A DNA stretch of 64,000 nt from Tubulanus polymorphus (lineage: Eukaryota > Animalia > Nemertea), in the NCBI RefSeq assembly GCF_964204645.1, contig NC_134028.1:13709653-13773652 (forward strand). Direction: 5' to 3'. The notes below the pieces were generated by a model. It worked only from the letters and a program-made list of their open reading frames with translations, was not told the DNA's origin and searched no databases. Positions 61,389 to 64,000 of this stretch are shown piece by piece. How positions within the stretch are numbered: the first letter of the stretch is position 1; each line of letters opens with the position of its first letter. The translations under genes and the position numbers were made by a program.

Positions 61389-64000
61389 CCTGTTAAGGTG
61401 TTTGGGTCCGCTGGACCGTTAGAGGCTGGGCAACACAGCCAGTGTAGTTTAAATATCCACAGTAGAAAAAGTTGTATTTAGGTCCGTAAGACCGTTAGAG
61501 GCTGGGTGACGCAGCCAGTTCACGAGGGTGTAGCAATGTAACAATTATATCATTCACAGTAGAAATAAAAACGAGTAATTCATATTGAGAATGTGAGGTA
61601 CACATTGTGTTGTTTCTTTTATATATAGTAAACAGGCGTCGGTGTATGACTGTATTATATTGCAAGTCATTGCAAATAGTGCTGATAGCCTAATCAGATA
61701 GATGGCGTGTGTATCAGCAACACATTCGAGGCCTTACGGTGGCGGGTAGTGGTGAGAACCGATATAGATGTTAGATTTGTGCAAAGGTGGGACGGGCTTT
61801 CCTCGTCTCGTGTGGAGAGTACTTTCCGTCCTGTCAAAACAGGGTCCGTTGGTGTTGCGAGGGTAATCGCACCGATCATCTGTCGGCGTATGTATCAACT
61901 ACGTCTATATTTCAATCTGTTTGGATTGAGGAGGTTCTTAAAATCATCGATCTGATGTGATCTGAAGCGATTTTTTGTGTGTGACCGCCGGGCGGTATCG
62001 ATTCGACCAGGTATTCCTTGGTTGTCGAATATGGACATAGCGTTATGTTGATAAAACGACACGTCGGGAGTAAATTGACTGCCCTTAGCATCAGTCCGAG
62101 CGGCTGTATATCGAGTCCTGAGAGTGTCTATACATGAGCGGAACGGAAACTGATTTAAACGGTTTTCACCTTATTTTGCATAAATCTTGATTGAAGGATT
62201 CGTATGAAGCACATAAAACCGACTATTATTACGGTATTGAGGTTGAGATGGTGGTGTGCCTTACACACATCTCGCGCGGACTAGAATGTCTCTAAGATTT
62301 TTGCCGCGTGTAAATAGTATTCTAGGAGGTTCCTTGAATATTATTCTCAGAGTCGCGTTCGATTGGATTATCTTCCAGTGTTTTGTAAGCGACTGACGGA
62401 TATTATCCGTGTTCGGATGGTATTTGGTGATCAGTGAGATTGAATCAAATGAGCGCTTTTTTGTGCGCGTGTGTAAGAGATCCGTACGATATCGTTGGTC
62501 CGCTTTGTAGATTTGAGCGCGGATTTCGCGAGCACTATAGCCTCGGGCCCGGAGGTAACCCTGTAGTTTTTTACATTGTGAGCGGTATTCGCTTTCGTCC
62601 GAGCAGATTTTCTTAAATCTGAGAGCCTGTGCGTATGCAATGTTGTTGCTGCAGTGAGGCGGGTGACACGATTCTTTGTGTAGGAGCGAGTGTGCGTCCG
62701 TGGGTTTTGTGTACACCCTTGTTGAGAGTTTACCTGAGTTCTCAAAATCTTTCCCTTTGTAGACTTCAACGTCTAGGAAGGGTACCTTCTCCCTTGATTG
62801 TGTCAGTTCGTATTGGATGGTACGGTGTGATTGGTTCATATGTTCGAAAAATTCGAGTAGTTTATCTTCACCGTGGGTCCAGATTGAGAATATATCATCT
62901 ATATATCTCCAATATAACATGGGTATAGTATTGTTCGGTGCCGAGCGGAGACATTTAGTCTCGAGATAATGCATGAATATGATCGCTAGACTCGGGCTGA
63001 CTGTTGAACCCATGGCGCAACCCTCTATTTGAAGGCGGTGTTCGTTTTTCCCGAAAGAGAATTCATTTCTCTTCAGTATTAGATTCAGGAATTGAACGAA
63101 GCGTCTTTTGTCTGGACGGCGAACTGCGTATTGTAGCGGGAAGTCATCTAGACTTCTAAGGATGCTACTGATGGCTTCTCCGTGAGGGATGTTGGTGTAT
63201 AGACTTTTGACATCCATTGTCACCAATATCGCATCTTTCCGGAGGGGAGGGAGGGAATTGATTTTGTTGAGAAAGTCATTGGTATCTTGGATGTATGTTG
63301 ATACTCGACTCGCGATTGGTCTCAGAAAATAGTCCAGATATTTGGATATCTTTTCCGTGGGGCCATTGTTGCCGCTTAGGATCGGTCTCCCCGGGTTGTT
63401 GACCTTGTGAATTTTCGGTAGAAGGTAGAACTCGGGGATTTTGATATCAGATCCCGGTGTTAGATATAGCCACGTAACATGGTCTATTTCTTGGTTGTTT
63501 CTCATATCGTCTATGATTCTTTTTATTTCACTTGCGACTAAAGTAGTGTCGGGTGGAGCGATTGACCGGTAGCTGTTGGTGTCATTTAGCTGTCTCAGAG
63601 CTTCTTTTTTGTAAGAGTCTTGGCTCATGATAGCTATGGCTCCCCCTTTGTCACAGGGTTTTACAATGAGATCTTTATTCCGATTTAGTTCGTTGATCGC
63701 TTTCATCTCGTTTCTCGATAAATTGGATTTGAATTTTTGTGTGAGATTGAGTTTTTTGAGCTCTGTACGCGTTAGTTCAAATGTTACGTGACCATGTTAC
63801 GTGGCTATATCTAACACCGGGATCTGATATCAAAATCCCCGAGTTCTACCTTCTACCGAAAATTCACAAGGTCAACAACCCGGGGAGACCGATCCTAAGC
63901 GGCAACAATGGCCCCACGGAAAAGATATCCAAATATCTGGACTATTTTCTGAGACCAATCGCGAGTCGAGTATCAACATACATCCAAGATACCAATGACT
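61389..64000 (-). mobile_element. Penelope-like (Neptune-type) retroelement with inverted 5' duplication
   Basis: Carries an RT ORF. 63790-64000 is an inverted copy of 63274-63484. It interrupts copy C. A degenerate Cys linker/GIY start (MCC..THAIYLI) lies near 61690-61730. Confidence 0.88.
62261..63780 (-). CDS. PLE reverse transcriptase (5'-truncated, C-terminal endonuclease lost)
   Basis: KPCDKGG, FYLLPKIHK, PGRPILS, DVKSLYTNIPH, GCAMGS, YWRYIDDIF, FLDVEV, YTKPTD, SCHP, NLRDILVRA. Confidence 0.93.

Noticed and set aside
61412-61426. Similarity of GGACCGTTAGAGG to flavivirus 3'UTR conserved sequence
   Set aside because: Too short and with no other RNA-virus signal; likely chance.
62431-62928. 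Overlapping alternative-frame and antisense ORFs in the RT region
   Set aside because: Shadow ORFs of a relatively GC-rich coding region with no motifs.

Overview
AT-rich eukaryotic (invertebrate animal) genomic DNA made mostly of nested mobile elements. It holds three related, degenerating copies of an endogenous Polinton/Maverick-like virus. Copy A (~3.45-19.0 kb) is rearranged, copy B (20.9-39.6 kb) is near complete, and copy C (58.2-61.4 kb) is the left end only. The virus encodes an rve integrase with chromodomain, an A32-like packaging ATPase, a putative double-jelly-roll major capsid, a penton, a protein-primed PolB, an HNH nuclease and several membrane proteins; I found no stand-alone adenain protease. 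Two features of this virus stand out. Nearly every gene starts with TAAATG, and the structural genes carry a T-run 6-8 nt upstream, matching poxvirus late-promoter architecture. Its termini are also long hairpins. Other content: Penelope-like retroelements (one with a hammerhead ribozyme), an intron-rich KDZ transposase pseudogene, a C2H2 zinc-finger gene, MITE/Helentron-type elements, a SINE, satellites, and two spliced EF-hand exons of a Duox-like host gene on the minus strand. All family assignments come from motif recognition by eye; no searches were run.
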